Shown here: positions 1 to 8,741 of the stretch, in pieces
How positions within the stretch are numbered: the first letter of the stretch is position 1
Layout: every line of letters starts with the position of its first letter
Assembly: GCF_900289195.1 (NCBI RefSeq)
Contig: NZ_OMOH01000003.1
Location: forward strand, 204,641-236,640
DNA from: Propionibacterium ruminifibrarum
GTDB lineage: Bacteria; Actinomycetota; Actinomycetes; Propionibacteriales; Propionibacteriaceae
Direction: 5' to 3'
DNA: 32,000 nt
The notes under the pieces: generated by a model
What the model was told of the DNA's origin: nothing
Databases searched by the model: none
What the model saw: the letters and a program-made list of their open reading frames with translations, nothing else
Made by a program: the position numbers and the translations under genes

Positions 1-1
1 G

Positions 2-523
2 TACTACCAGGCGCCCGAGCGGGTCGACTTCCGCGCGCTCCTCGGTGATCTGGTACGCGCGCTGCGCACCCGCATCGACCTGCGCCAGGTGGGTGACCGG
101 GACGCGACCCGCCTGCTCGGCGGTGTCGGCATGTGCGGGAGGTCGCTGTGCTGCGCCAGTCACCTGCGCACCCTCGACCCCGTCTCGCTGCGCCTGGCCC
201 GCTCCCAGGACCGGGGTTCCCACGGCACCCAGCACATCGGGGCCTGCGGCCGGCCGGCCTGCTGCCTGCGCTTCGAGCAGGACGCCTACGAGGACTTCCA
301 CGCCCGTGCCCCGCGCATGGGAGCCGCGGTGACCACCCCCGACGGGCCGGGGCGGGTCGTCGGCTACCAGGTGCCGCTCGACGCGATCATCGTGGCCGGC
401 CCCGGCGGCGAACGCACCAGCTGCCCCCTCGGGAGGGTCTGCCCGGCCGGGGCCGCGAGCCAGTCGCCCCGCCGGAACCAGGCGCGCCAGCGGGAGCGAC
501 GCCACGACGACCAGGAGACATGA
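2..523 (+). CDS. PSP1 C-terminal domain protein (RicT/YaaT-like), 5'-truncated by the window edge
   Basis: The frame is open from base 2. The translation YYQAPERVDFRALLGDLVRALRTRIDLRQV...GMCGRSLCC...GACGRPACCLRFEQDAYEDF carries the paired CGRxxCC cysteine motifs typical of PSP1/RicT domains. The stop TGA (521-523) overlaps the ATG of the next gene. Confidence 0.75.
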   Translation, partial: YYQAPERVDFRALLGDLVRALRTRIDLRQVGDRDATRLLGGVGMCGRSLCCASHLRTLDPVSLRLARSQDRGSHGTQHIGACGRPACCLRFEQDAYEDFHARAPRMGAAVTTPDGPGRVVGYQVPLDAIIVAGPGGERTSCPLGRVCPAGAASQSPRRNQARQRERRHDDQET

Positions 524-2175
524 TGATGAGCCACCCCCGCAGCCGCGTCTGCTCACTGGCCCTGGCCTGCGTCATGGCGCTGGCCGGCTGCGGCGGCGCC
601 ACCTCGCCGACGCCGTCACCTAGCCCACCCCAGAGCTCCGCGACGAGCAGCAGCACGCCGTCGCTGCCCAGCCCGTCGGCGACCTGGGACGGACTGGGCG
701 CAGCCCCCGACCGGCAGCAGATCGACGTCCCCCAGCCCGACGTGCCCGGTTTCACCGAGGCGCCGAGCGGCCAGGGACTGCAACGCTATCTCGGCCAACA
801 GGTCGACTGGGGCGAGTGCGCGCCGCTTGAGGACGCCGACGAGGACGAGCAGCAGGAAGCCTCCGGCGACCGGTGCGCCACCGTCGCGGCCCCGCTCGAC
901 TGGAACGACCCCGACGGGCAGGCGATCACCCTGGCCATGCGCATGCGCCCGGCTCCCGGCGGCGCCTCCGACCAGTACCTGTTCATCAATCCCGGTGGTC
1001 CCGGCGGCAGCGCCCAGGACTTCGTCACCTACGTCGAGACCACGGGCTTCGAGAGCTACAACATCGTCGGCGTCGACCCGCGCGGCTCCGGCGAGTCCAC
1101 GCCGGTCGTCTGCGGCGACCTCGAACAGACCGACGCGCTCGAGAACGCCGACTGGTCGCCCGATGACCAGTCCGAGGTCGACGCCCTCGTCGCGGCATCG
1201 CGCGACTTCGCCGCACAGTGCCGCCGGAACTCCGGGGCGCTGCTCGACCACATCAGCTCGATCGACACGGCCCATGACATGGATCTGGTCCGTGCACTGC
1301 TCGACCAGGACGTCCTCAACTGGTACGGCGTCAGCTACGGCACCTGGCTCGGCGCCGTCTACGCCGAGCTCTACCCGGACCACGTCGGACGCATGGTGCT
1401 CGACTCGGCCGTCAACGTCACCGACCGCGACGACGTCAAGCAGGCCGATGGCTTCGAGCAGGCCCTCGGCGCCTTCGCGCAGTGGTGCGCGGATGATGCC
1501 TCCTGCCGGCTCGGGGACGGCCGGCAGGAGGTGCTCGAGACCATCGCGGCCTTCCTCGACGACCTCGACGCCCAGCCGCTCCCCGTCGACGACCGCTTGC
1601 TCACCCAGACCCTGGCCCTCAACGGCATCCTGCAGTTCCTCTACTTCGACTCCGACGCATACCCCTACCTCAGCCAGGCCATCACGCAGGCCCGCTCCGG
1701 CCTCGGCCGGTACCTGCTGCGGGTCTCCGACATCATGACGGGGCGCGGCGACGACGGCTACGACCCGATCGCCTACGCCTTCCCGGGGATCGGGTGCGCC
1801 GACACCACCGACGACGGCGAGCAGCAGGCCATCAGCGACTGGCAGAACGACGACTTCCCCAACGCCCCCGTGCTCGGGCGGGCCATGGGTCCTGAGCTGC
1901 GCTGCCCCGCCTGGGCGGCCCGGCCGGGTCCCCAGATCAAGGTCACCGCCGCGGATGCCCCACCGATCCTCATCGTCTCGAACACGGGCGACTCGGCGAC
2001 ACCGCACGAGTACGCGCAGTGGATGCGCCAGCAGATGCCCACCACGGTGCTCGTCACCCGCGAGGCCGAGGGGCACGGGGCTTTCGGATCGGGCAGCGCA
2101 TGCCTCGACGGGGCCGTCACCGCCTTCCTCGACGCCGGAACGGTGCCGCAGGACGGCCTGGTCTGCACCGACTGA
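520..2175 (+). CDS. Secreted lipoprotein, alpha/beta hydrolase of the tripeptidyl-aminopeptidase (TAP, S33-like) type
   Basis: The start is chosen at ATG 520 (MMMSHPRSRVCSLALACVMALAGCGG), a signal peptide with lipobox LAGC. It lies inside the longer 133..2175 ORF, whose upstream part overlaps the PSP1 gene. GVSYGTWLG is the GxSxG nucleophile elbow. The C-terminal ILIVSNTGDSATP...GHGAF resembles the TAP-like C-terminal domain. Confidence 0.8.
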   Translation: MMMSHPRSRVCSLALACVMALAGCGGATSPTPSPSPPQSSATSSSTPSLPSPSATWDGLGAAPDRQQIDVPQPDVPGFTEAPSGQGLQRYLGQQVDWGECAPLEDADEDEQQEASGDRCATVAAPLDWNDPDGQAITLAMRMRPAPGGASDQYLFINPGGPGGSAQDFVTYVETTGFESYNIVGVDPRGSGESTPVVCGDLEQTDALENADWSPDDQSEVDALVAASRDFAAQCRRNSGALLDHISSIDTAHDMDLVRALLDQDVLNWYGVSYGTWLGAVYAELYPDHVGRMVLDSAVNVTDRDDVKQADGFEQALGAFAQWCADDASCRLGDGRQEVLETIAAFLDDLDAQPLPVDDRLLTQTLALNGILQFLYFDSDAYPYLSQAITQARSGLGRYLLRVSDIMTGRGDDGYDPIAYAFPGIGCADTTDDGEQQAISDWQNDDFPNAPVLGRAMGPELRCPAWAARPGPQIKVTAADAPPILIVSNTGDSATPHEYAQWMRQQMPTTVLVTREAEGHGAFGSGSACLDGAVTAFLDAGTVPQDGLVCTD

Positions 2176-2576
2176 CCCCCGGACCGCGCCGCCCAGCAGC
2201 GCCGTCGGCCGGGCGGGGGTGAGAAGGTCACAGCCGGCCGGTCCGGGTGCCAGCGGCCTCCCGGCCCCTAGGCTGAAACCGCCGGTTCCCCGCAGGTCTC
2301 CTGCGCGGGTCGGCCACGCGGATCGGCGACGCCACGCAACGCGGGAGCGATCCGCACCCAGACGTGAGCCACGGAGCGGCTCATCCGGTGGCGGCCACCA
2401 CTCATCCATCCACTCAAGGCCGGCACCACCGAGGGCGGGTGCTTTGGACGGGCGCCCGCCCTCAACCATCGCCGGCCCAGCGACGCGCGTGCCCGGCAGG
2501 GGGCGTTCTGACCAGACGATTCGTCCCAGCCCCATTCGCCCGGTATAGTGAACGCGCTGTCCCTCGCGGGCGGCGC

Positions 2577-2652
2577 GCCAACTTAGCTCAGTCGGTAGAG
2601 CGACGCTCTCGTAAAGCGTAGGTCGCGGGTTCGATTCCCGCAGTTGGCTCCA
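2577..2652 (+). tRNA. tRNA-Thr (anticodon CGT), CCA encoded
   Basis: A manual cloverleaf fits: acceptor GCCAACT/AGTTGGC, D-arm GCTC-AGTCGGTA-GAGC, anticodon stem ACGCT/AGCGT with loop CTCGTAA (anticodon CGT), T-arm GCGGG-TTCGATT-CCCGC, discriminator T, then CCA. Confidence 0.9.
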
Positions 2653-2889
2653 CCACGGGACTGCTCCGGGCGATCACGGGCAGGGTCCTGATGACTCTCG
2701 ACGACGCCACGAACAACCGGCTCCGCGCCGTACTCACCGACCACGACCTCCGCCGCACCGCCCCTGATGACCGGGCCCGTCACAGATCTCAGGGATTTCT
2801 CGGTGGTCGAGGGTTCGGCATCCGGCCCGATTGTGTGCCACCCTGGTCAAGTTCACCCCTAGTAGAACCCCAGTCGAGGAGCTCTCCCC

Positions 2890-4101
2890 GTGAAGAAGCG
2901 CGCCATACCCGCCGTCCTGCTCAGCTTGATCGCGATGCTCATCCCAGGCACCGCGTATGCGAGCCCATCCGGGGGAGATGACGTCACACGGTTCCCGACC
3001 GTCGAGGACATGAGTGAGGCGAGCGGCCTGAGCGGCACCGTCCAGACGGCCGGCTACGCCACGGCCGGCGACGGCGGCGGCATGACCTACACGATCACCG
3101 ACACCCAGCCGCAGGGCACCTACGGGAACATCGCGGTGCGTCTCGCCGACGGCGACTGGGCCGTCCCCGAGAACCTGGACGAGCAGACCGATGCGCAGGC
3201 AGACAGCACCCTCGTCGAGCACGAACTGACCCGTGCGCAGAGCTTCGCGGCGGCGGGAACCGACCTGGTATGGGACTCCTCACGGGCCACCCCGCTGTCG
3301 GGGAAGGTCATCCACGCCACCGACTCGAAGCCCTACGCCCTGACCTGCTCCTCATTCGTGGGCATGGTCCTCATGGGCTGGGACTACGAGCACACCACCT
3401 ACGTCGCGGACCGGAACACCCAGGTGGGTGAGGGCGTCGACTTCGGATCCGCAGCGCACAACGGCGAGCTGTGGGGCGCGGCCAACCTCGCACGCTGGTT
3501 CCACGCCCATGGCGAGACGTGGCTGGACGACGGCTCCGAGCAGTACCAGCCCGGCGACGTCCTGTTCTTCTCGCAGCAGCCCACCGACGGCGGCAGCAGC
3601 GTCTCATCGGATTCCGACCAGAGCCAGTTCGCGAACATCTACCACGTGGCCCTCTACGTCGGGGACGGCCGGATCATCCACTCCTACGGCCCCGAGTCGG
3701 GCGCCGGGGTGATCGAGGAGGACTTCTCGGCCTCGCTGCAGGACGATCTCTCGTTCGTCGCCCGCCCCTACACCGTCACCTCGCAGGAGACGTCCCCCGA
3801 CGAGTCGGCGGACACCAGCCAGGAGCCGCCGTCGGAGACGACATCCGCCGCCCCCGAGCCGTCGCCGACCGCCGAGCCCAGCTCGGCCCAGGCCACCGAG
3901 CCCGCCGGGACCGATGAGGCCCAGCCCGCCGATCCTGCCGGGGACGACGCGGAGGCCCCGAAACCCGACTCGGAGGAGCCCGCCGGTCGTCCCTGGGGCC
4001 TGCCGCGCACCGGCGGCACCATCATGTCCTTCGTCGGTGCGGCCATGGTCGCCGTCGGCACCGCCGCATCCCTGGTGACCAGGCGTCGCAGACGCGGCTG
4101 A
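2890..4101 (+). CDS. Cell-wall anchored (LPXTG) surface protein with an NlpC/P60-like cysteine hydrolase core
   Basis: GTG start followed by the signal peptide MKKRAIPAVLLSLIAMLIPGTAYA. A candidate Cys...His pair is present (ALTCSSFVGMVL ... NIYHVALYVGDGRIIHSYG), arranged as in NlpC/P60 enzymes. A P/E/S/T-rich linker follows. The sorting signal is LPRTG (codons 4000-4014), then a hydrophobic stretch and an RRRRRG tail. Confidence 0.7.
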   Translation: MKKRAIPAVLLSLIAMLIPGTAYASPSGGDDVTRFPTVEDMSEASGLSGTVQTAGYATAGDGGGMTYTITDTQPQGTYGNIAVRLADGDWAVPENLDEQTDAQADSTLVEHELTRAQSFAAAGTDLVWDSSRATPLSGKVIHATDSKPYALTCSSFVGMVLMGWDYEHTTYVADRNTQVGEGVDFGSAAHNGELWGAANLARWFHAHGETWLDDGSEQYQPGDVLFFSQQPTDGGSSVSSDSDQSQFANIYHVALYVGDGRIIHSYGPESGAGVIEEDFSASLQDDLSFVARPYTVTSQETSPDESADTSQEPPSETTSAAPEPSPTAEPSSAQATEPAGTDEAQPADPAGDDAEAPKPDSEEPAGRPWGLPRTGGTIMSFVGAAMVAVGTAASLVTRRRRRG

Positions 4102-4131
4102 GTCACCCACCCCGCCCGGTGCGCCGCGCGG

Positions 4132-5139
4132 TCACGTGCCGCGCGGCACCGCCGTGCTGCGCCGGACGACGAGGGGAGCGGGCACCAGGACCCCGCGGGG
4201 TTCACCCGGCTCGCCCCGCAACTGGGGCAGCAGGGCGGCCACGAGCTCGGTGCCGATCGTCGTGAAGTCCTGGGCGACGGTGGTCAGCGGCGGCCACATC
4301 CACTCGGCCATGATGTCGTCGAAACCGACGATCGAGACGTCCTCGGGGATGCGCCGACCCGTCTCGTGGCAGGCCCTGATGAGGCCGAGGGCCATCTCGT
4401 CGTTGGCGCTGAAGACGGCCGTCACACCGGGGTCCTCGAGCAGCCGCAGACCGGCCTCGTAGCCGGACCGGGGCGACCAGTCCCCGCGCGCCAGCGGCGG
4501 GACGGCGCGCCCGTGCTCCCACAGGGTCGCGATCCACGCCTCCTCGCGGGCCTTGGCCTGCACCGAGGTGGTCGGGCCGGCGATGTGGTGCACGGTCTCG
4601 TGCCCGAGATCGAGCAGGTGGCGCACCGCGTCGCGGGTGCCGGTCGCCTGGTCCGTGCCGACCGCTGTGTACTGGTCGGTGTAGCGGAAGTCGCCCACGA
4701 CGAGGGGGATGCCGTCGGGCAGGCTCACCGTCGAGGCGCTCGGCGTCTCGAGACTCAGCACGATGACCCCGTCCACCGACTGCGACAGGGCGTTGAGCGC
4801 CTCGATGAAGTCCTCGACGCTGTTGGACGGGGCGTCCACGAACATGGCGCCGAAACCCTCGGTGCGCAGCGCCGCGGTCACGGCATCGGTGATGTGGGCC
4901 TCGCCGGTCCGGGCGAGCCGGTGACCGATCACGCCGACGGTGTTGAAGGCGCCGCTGCGCAGCGCCTGCGCGGCGCGGTTCGGCGCATAGCCGAGCTGGC
5001 GCATCGCCGCACGGACCTTCTCGGTCGTGGCGGGACGAACCGTGTCCTCACCGCGCGCGACGCGCGAGACCGTCTGCGCCGAGACGCCGGCCAGCCGCGC
5101 GACGTCCTGCATCGACGCCCTGGGGCGCCGCGTGCTCAT
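4132..5139 (-). CDS. LacI-family transcriptional regulator, last gene of the gal-like operon
   Basis: The start is chosen at ATG 5139 (MSTRRPRASMQDVARLAGVSAQTVSRVARG), an N-terminal LacI HTH followed by a periplasmic-binding-protein-like sugar-binding core. This ATG overlaps the upstream stop (ATGA at 5136-5139). The 33 codons further upstream in the ORF track overlap the epimerase gene and are Pro/Gly-rich. Confidence 0.85.
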   Translation of the reverse strand: MSTRRPRASMQDVARLAGVSAQTVSRVARGEDTVRPATTEKVRAAMRQLGYAPNRAAQALRSGAFNTVGVIGHRLARTGEAHITDAVTAALRTEGFGAMFVDAPSNSVEDFIEALNALSQSVDGVIVLSLETPSASTVSLPDGIPLVVGDFRYTDQYTAVGTDQATGTRDAVRHLLDLGHETVHHIAGPTTSVQAKAREEAWIATLWEHGRAVPPLARGDWSPRSGYEAGLRLLEDPGVTAVFSANDEMALGLIRACHETGRRIPEDVSIVGFDDIMAEWMWPPLTTVAQDFTTIGTELVAALLPQLRGEPGEPRGVLVPAPLVVRRSTAVPRGT

Positions 5140-6041
5140 GCGATCCGGTCCAGACACAGCCCCCACGATAGAACCAGATCCTGTCCCGGGTGGAGCCGGA
5201 ACAGGTGGTCGCCGCTGGCCAGGGCGTTGGCCGGGCACGACATGGGTTCGGCGGCCACGCCGGCGCGCTCCAGCGGGCCGAGTTCGGGGAAGTCGCCGGT
5301 GGTGACCTGCCAGTAGTCCAGCGGTGCCCGCGACCAGGCCGCCGCGGCGAAGCCATCGGGCGAGGCCAGACGCACCCAGGAGCGGCCGTCCCCGTCACGG
5401 GTGGCACCGGCGAAACCGTGATCCAGCACGGCGCCGCCCACCAGCCGGGGCGCCGTGAAGTCGAGTTCGGGGGGAATCGGGCGGGTGGCCACCGGCAGCA
5501 GACGCTCGTCGGTCTCGACCCAGCCGGACGCGTCGATGCTCAGCGTGCAGTCGTCGACGCTGGCGTCCCCGGGCGACAGCCACGGGTGGAAACCGATGCC
5601 GAACGGGGCGTCCGTGCCGCCCCGGTTGGTGACGGTCGTCGTGGCCGTCAGGCCGTCGTCGGCGAGCGCGTAGCGGACGGCCAGCTCGACGGTGAACGGG
5701 TAGCCCGGTGCCGTGTCGAGCAGGACCATCGCCGTCGCCGTGTCCTCCCCGGCCCGGGTCAGGTGCCAGTCCATGTCGTGGACGAAGCCATGGTTGGCGT
5801 TGTCGCGCGCCGGCTCGTTGACCGGGACCTGGTGCTGCACGCCGTCGAAGACGTAGCGGCCGCCGTCCAGGCGGTTCGGCCAGGGGGCCAGGACGGCGCC
5901 GTGCAGTCCCGAGGTCGGCAGGCCGGGGCCGAGGGGGACGATGACGTCGCGTCCGGCCACCCGGTAGGCGCGCAGGGCGCCGCCCTGGCCGGCCACGACC
6001 GCCTGCTGGTGCCCGCGGGTGAGGATCAGCTCGTTGCTCAC
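5136..6041 (-). CDS. galM: Aldose 1-epimerase family protein (mutarotase)
   Basis: MSNELILTRGHQQAVVAGQGGALRAYRVAGRDVIVP..., with NHGFVHDMDWHL and GIGFHPWL motifs characteristic of the aldose epimerase fold. The GTG start at 6041 overlaps the upstream stop (GTGA). The gene sits in a galK context. Confidence 0.75.
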   Translation of the reverse strand: MSNELILTRGHQQAVVAGQGGALRAYRVAGRDVIVPLGPGLPTSGLHGAVLAPWPNRLDGGRYVFDGVQHQVPVNEPARDNANHGFVHDMDWHLTRAGEDTATAMVLLDTAPGYPFTVELAVRYALADDGLTATTTVTNRGGTDAPFGIGFHPWLSPGDASVDDCTLSIDASGWVETDERLLPVATRPIPPELDFTAPRLVGGAVLDHGFAGATRDGDGRSWVRLASPDGFAAAAWSRAPLDYWQVTTGDFPELGPLERAGVAAEPMSCPANALASGDHLFRLHPGQDLVLSWGLCLDRIA

Positions 6042-7414
6042 AGCCGTGCCCCGTCCTCGACCCGCATGGGGCGGGTCGTCGGGCCGAGCACGACGTCGCC
6101 GCGTGCGACGACACCGGCCCCGAAGGTCCAGTCGCCCTGGACCGTCAGGCTCGTGGCCTCCCGCAGCGACGGCACCCCGGAGGGGAAGCGGGCCTCGAAG
6201 TCGGCGATCAGCTTGTAGTGCTGCGGGTCGAGGCGCACCAGCGGGGTGCTCTCGGTCCTCCTGTGCAACCGGTAGTCGGCGCCCAGCTCGTAGACGTCCG
6301 AGCGCACCAGGGCCAGATCGTCGGTCGTCTTGACCGGCAGGAAGCGCTCACGGGGCACGAGCACCGGGCGGGCCCCGTCGAAGACCTCGACGATCGCGCC
6401 GAGCGCCGACTCGATCTGGAAGACCTCGGGGGAGGCCGGGTCCGACGGGTCGACGTGCTTGCGGTTGCGGATGAGCGGCAGCCCGGGCAGGCCGCCGCGC
6501 GCCGCCAGCGCGTCCCGCAGGGCGACCAGGTCGAACCACAGGTTGTTCGTGTGGAAGAAGCGGTGGCGGTGTTCGTCGGTGAACCAGCGCATGTCGGCCT
6601 CGGGGGTCTGCGCCGTGTCGCGCAGGATCATGCGGCCGTCACTCGTGCGGATGGCCAGGTGGCCGCCCTTGCGGTCGGCCGGGGTGCGCAGGCAGACCTC
6701 GGGGGAGTAGGGCGCGCCGGAGGCGGCGAACCATGCGGCGAGCCGCCCGTCGGGGGCGGCCCCCAGGTTGTCGGCGTTCGCCGTGTTCGCGTAGCGGTAG
6801 CCGCCGGCGATGAGCGCGTCCAGGATGCCGGTGGTCTGCAGTGCGACGTAGATGTCGCCGTGACCCGGCGGGCACCACTCGAGTTCGGGGTCGGCCGGCC
6901 AGTCCACCGGTTCCAGCGAGTCGACGAGCAGCTTCGGCTCGCGGTGCTGGCAGAAGTCGGCGGGGATGCCGTCGGGGTTGAGTCGCGGGTAGCCGGACAG
7001 CAGCTCGAGGCTGTCATCCCTCGTACGGAACGAGTTCATGAGGATCAGCGGCGCCTGCACCCCGGTGCTGGCGCGCACGGCCTGGAGCTGGCGGACGATG
7101 ATGTCGAGGAAGCTCAGGCCGTCGCGCACCGGTAGCAGCGATTTCGCGCGGTCCATGCCCATGGAGGTGCCCAGGCCGCCGTTGAGTCTGATGAAGACGG
7201 TCTGGCTCAGCGCCCGGGCCTGCTCCTCGGCGCTAAACTCGGCGTCGGCGAGGTCGTCGACCTGGGTGATCGGGGTGATGGTGTCCTCGCCGATCAGGCC
7301 GGTGCGGCCCTGCTCCAGCTGGTGGTAGTAGTCGCTGAAGACGTCGATGGCGAGCCGGGGGAGGCCGGCCTGTGTCATGCGCTCCGCGGCGCGGGCGAGA
7401 CCCTGGGCGCTCAT
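6038..7414 (-). CDS. UDPGP-family nucleotidyltransferase: eukaryote-type UTP--hexose-1-phosphate uridylyltransferase, possibly a UDP-sugar pyrophosphorylase
   Basis: The real start is ATG 7414 (MSAQGLARAAERMTQAGLPRLAIDVFSDYYHQL...). The motif FIRLNGGLGTSMGMDRAKSLLPV is the UDPGP (PF01704-type) signature. The ORF-track extension to 8341 runs through galK in another frame and is Arg/Pro-rich junk. The start shares one nucleotide with the galK stop (TGATG). Confidence 0.8.
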   Translation of the reverse strand: MSAQGLARAAERMTQAGLPRLAIDVFSDYYHQLEQGRTGLIGEDTITPITQVDDLADAEFSAEEQARALSQTVFIRLNGGLGTSMGMDRAKSLLPVRDGLSFLDIIVRQLQAVRASTGVQAPLILMNSFRTRDDSLELLSGYPRLNPDGIPADFCQHREPKLLVDSLEPVDWPADPELEWCPPGHGDIYVALQTTGILDALIAGGYRYANTANADNLGAAPDGRLAAWFAASGAPYSPEVCLRTPADRKGGHLAIRTSDGRMILRDTAQTPEADMRWFTDEHRHRFFHTNNLWFDLVALRDALAARGGLPGLPLIRNRKHVDPSDPASPEVFQIESALGAIVEVFDGARPVLVPRERFLPVKTTDDLALVRSDVYELGADYRLHRRTESTPLVRLDPQHYKLIADFEARFPSGVPSLREATSLTVQGDWTFGAGVVARGDVVLGPTTRPMRVEDGARL

Positions 7415-8595
7415 CACCGCACCTTCCTTCCTGCCTTGGCGGCGACGGCGGGGATGAACCGCGGCTCGGCCCAGCCGTGCTCGGCGTAGGCCTGTTCGAC
7501 GGCCTGCTCGACCCGGCCGACCAGCTCGGTGGGCACCAGCGCGATCGCCGAGCCGCCGAAACCGCCGCCGGTCATGCGGGCACCGAGCGCCCCGGCGGCG
7601 CGGGCGGCCTCGACGGCCGCGTCCAGTTCGGGGCAGCTCACCTCGTAGTCGTCGCGCTGCGAGGCGTGCGAGGCGTCCAGCAGCGGGCCGATCCGGTCGT
7701 AGGCGCCGGCCCGGACCAGCTCGATGAACTGTTCGACGCGGCCGATCTCGGTCATCACATGACGCACCCGTTTGAGCTCGACCGGGTCGTCCAGGCGTCC
7801 CAGCAGCTCGTCGGCGTCGGTGATCTCGCCGAGCAGCCGTACGCCCTCGCGGGCCGCGACGGTCTCGCAGGTCGTGCGGCGGGCCCCGTACTGGCCGTCG
7901 ACGAGGGCGTGCGAGGCGCGGGTGTCGATGACGAGCAGGTTCAGGCCGTGCGCCGTCAGGTCGAAGGGGACGAGCTCGGTCGAGCCGTCCAGCGTGTTGA
8001 GCGCCAGCGCCCGGCCCTCGTCGGCGAGCAGCGAGGCCGACTGGTCCATCGTCCCGGTGGGCGCGCCCACCACGTCGTTCTCCGCCTGCTGGCACGCCAG
8101 GACCAGCTCGGGGCGGGTGACCGGCAGGTCGAACGTGTCGACCAGGGCGAGGCCGACCGCGCACTCGATGGCCGCCGAGCTCGACAGCCCGGCGCTGATG
8201 GGCACGCACGAGACGACCGCGGCGTCGACGCCGCGCAGTTCGTGGCCGGCCCGGGCCAGCGCCCAGGCGACACCGAGCGCGTAACTCACCCAGGTCGGTT
8301 GCCCGCCGCCGGGGCGGATGTCGGCCAGGGTGCCGGTCCACAGTTCGGGATCGGTGCCGGCCGAGGTGATGCGCACCCGGTCGTCCTCACGAGGGCTCAG
8401 GGCCACGTAGGTGGCGTGCGGCAGGGCGATCGGCACGCACGAGCCGCCGTTGTAGTCCAGGTGCTCCCCGATCAGGTTGACGCGCCCCGGTGAGGCCCAC
8501 ACCCCTGCCGGTGCGGCGTCGAAAGCGTCGGTGAACAGTGCCGTGGCCCTGGCGGCCCCCTCGGCCTCGGGCCAGGAAGAGATCTCGTACGTCAT
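7414..8595 (-). CDS. galK: Galactokinase
   Basis: The galactokinase signature GRVNLIGEHLDYNGG is present near the N-terminus, together with the GHMP kinase motif PISAGLSSSAA. Confidence 0.9.
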   Translation of the reverse strand: MTYEISSWPEAEGAARATALFTDAFDAAPAGVWASPGRVNLIGEHLDYNGGSCVPIALPHATYVALSPREDDRVRITSAGTDPELWTGTLADIRPGGGQPTWVSYALGVAWALARAGHELRGVDAAVVSCVPISAGLSSSAAIECAVGLALVDTFDLPVTRPELVLACQQAENDVVGAPTGTMDQSASLLADEGRALALNTLDGSTELVPFDLTAHGLNLLVIDTRASHALVDGQYGARRTTCETVAAREGVRLLGEITDADELLGRLDDPVELKRVRHVMTEIGRVEQFIELVRAGAYDRIGPLLDASHASQRDDYEVSCPELDAAVEAARAAGALGARMTGGGFGGSAIALVPTELVGRVEQAVEQAYAEHGWAEPRFIPAVAAKAGRKVR

Positions 8596-8638
8596 CGTTG
8601 CGTCTCCTTCGAGCGGTCAGGGCTGACCGCACAACAAC

Positions 8639-8654
8639 ATGGTGACGTAAACAT
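8639..8654. promoter_or_regulatory. Candidate LacI-type operator O1 (ATGGTGACGTAAACAT)
   Basis: A 16-bp pseudo-palindrome with a central CG; the half-sites ATGGTGA / ATGTTTA match at 5 of 7 positions. It lies 44 bp upstream of the galK start in the AT-richer divergent intergenic region. A near-identical copy sits at 8726-8741. Confidence 0.55.
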
Positions 8655-8725
8655 TTTCTTTTTGCAAGTCTTGCCGCATGCCTTGACAGGAGGGCAATGC
8701 AGCAAGCAGACTGACGTCAAACTAA

Positions 8726-8741
8726 ATGGTGGCGTAAACAT
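8726..8741. promoter_or_regulatory. Candidate LacI-type operator O2 (ATGGTGGCGTAAACAT)
   Basis: Identical to O1 at 15 of 16 positions and in the same orientation. It lies 61 bp upstream of the symporter ATG (8802), 87 bp centre-to-centre from O1. Confidence 0.55.

Noticed and set aside
616-2535. 639-aa ORF on the minus strand
   Set aside because: It is antisense to the well-supported alpha/beta hydrolase gene. The translation is Gly/Arg/Val/Asp-rich low-complexity sequence with no recognisable motif, which is typical of a high-GC shadow ORF.
2691-2981. 96-aa ORF downstream of the tRNA, a possible remnant of an integrated element
   Set aside because: It has no recognisable motif and overlaps the well-supported start of the LPXTG gene. 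I saw no integrase, and no repeat of the tRNA 3' end was spotted by eye.
7415-8341. N-terminal 309-codon extension of the UDPGP ORF (the 767-aa track entry)
   Set aside because: The extension overlaps galK in a different frame and is Arg/Pro/Gly-rich. A clean ATG at 7414 is coupled to the galK stop and gives a normal-length UDPGP protein.
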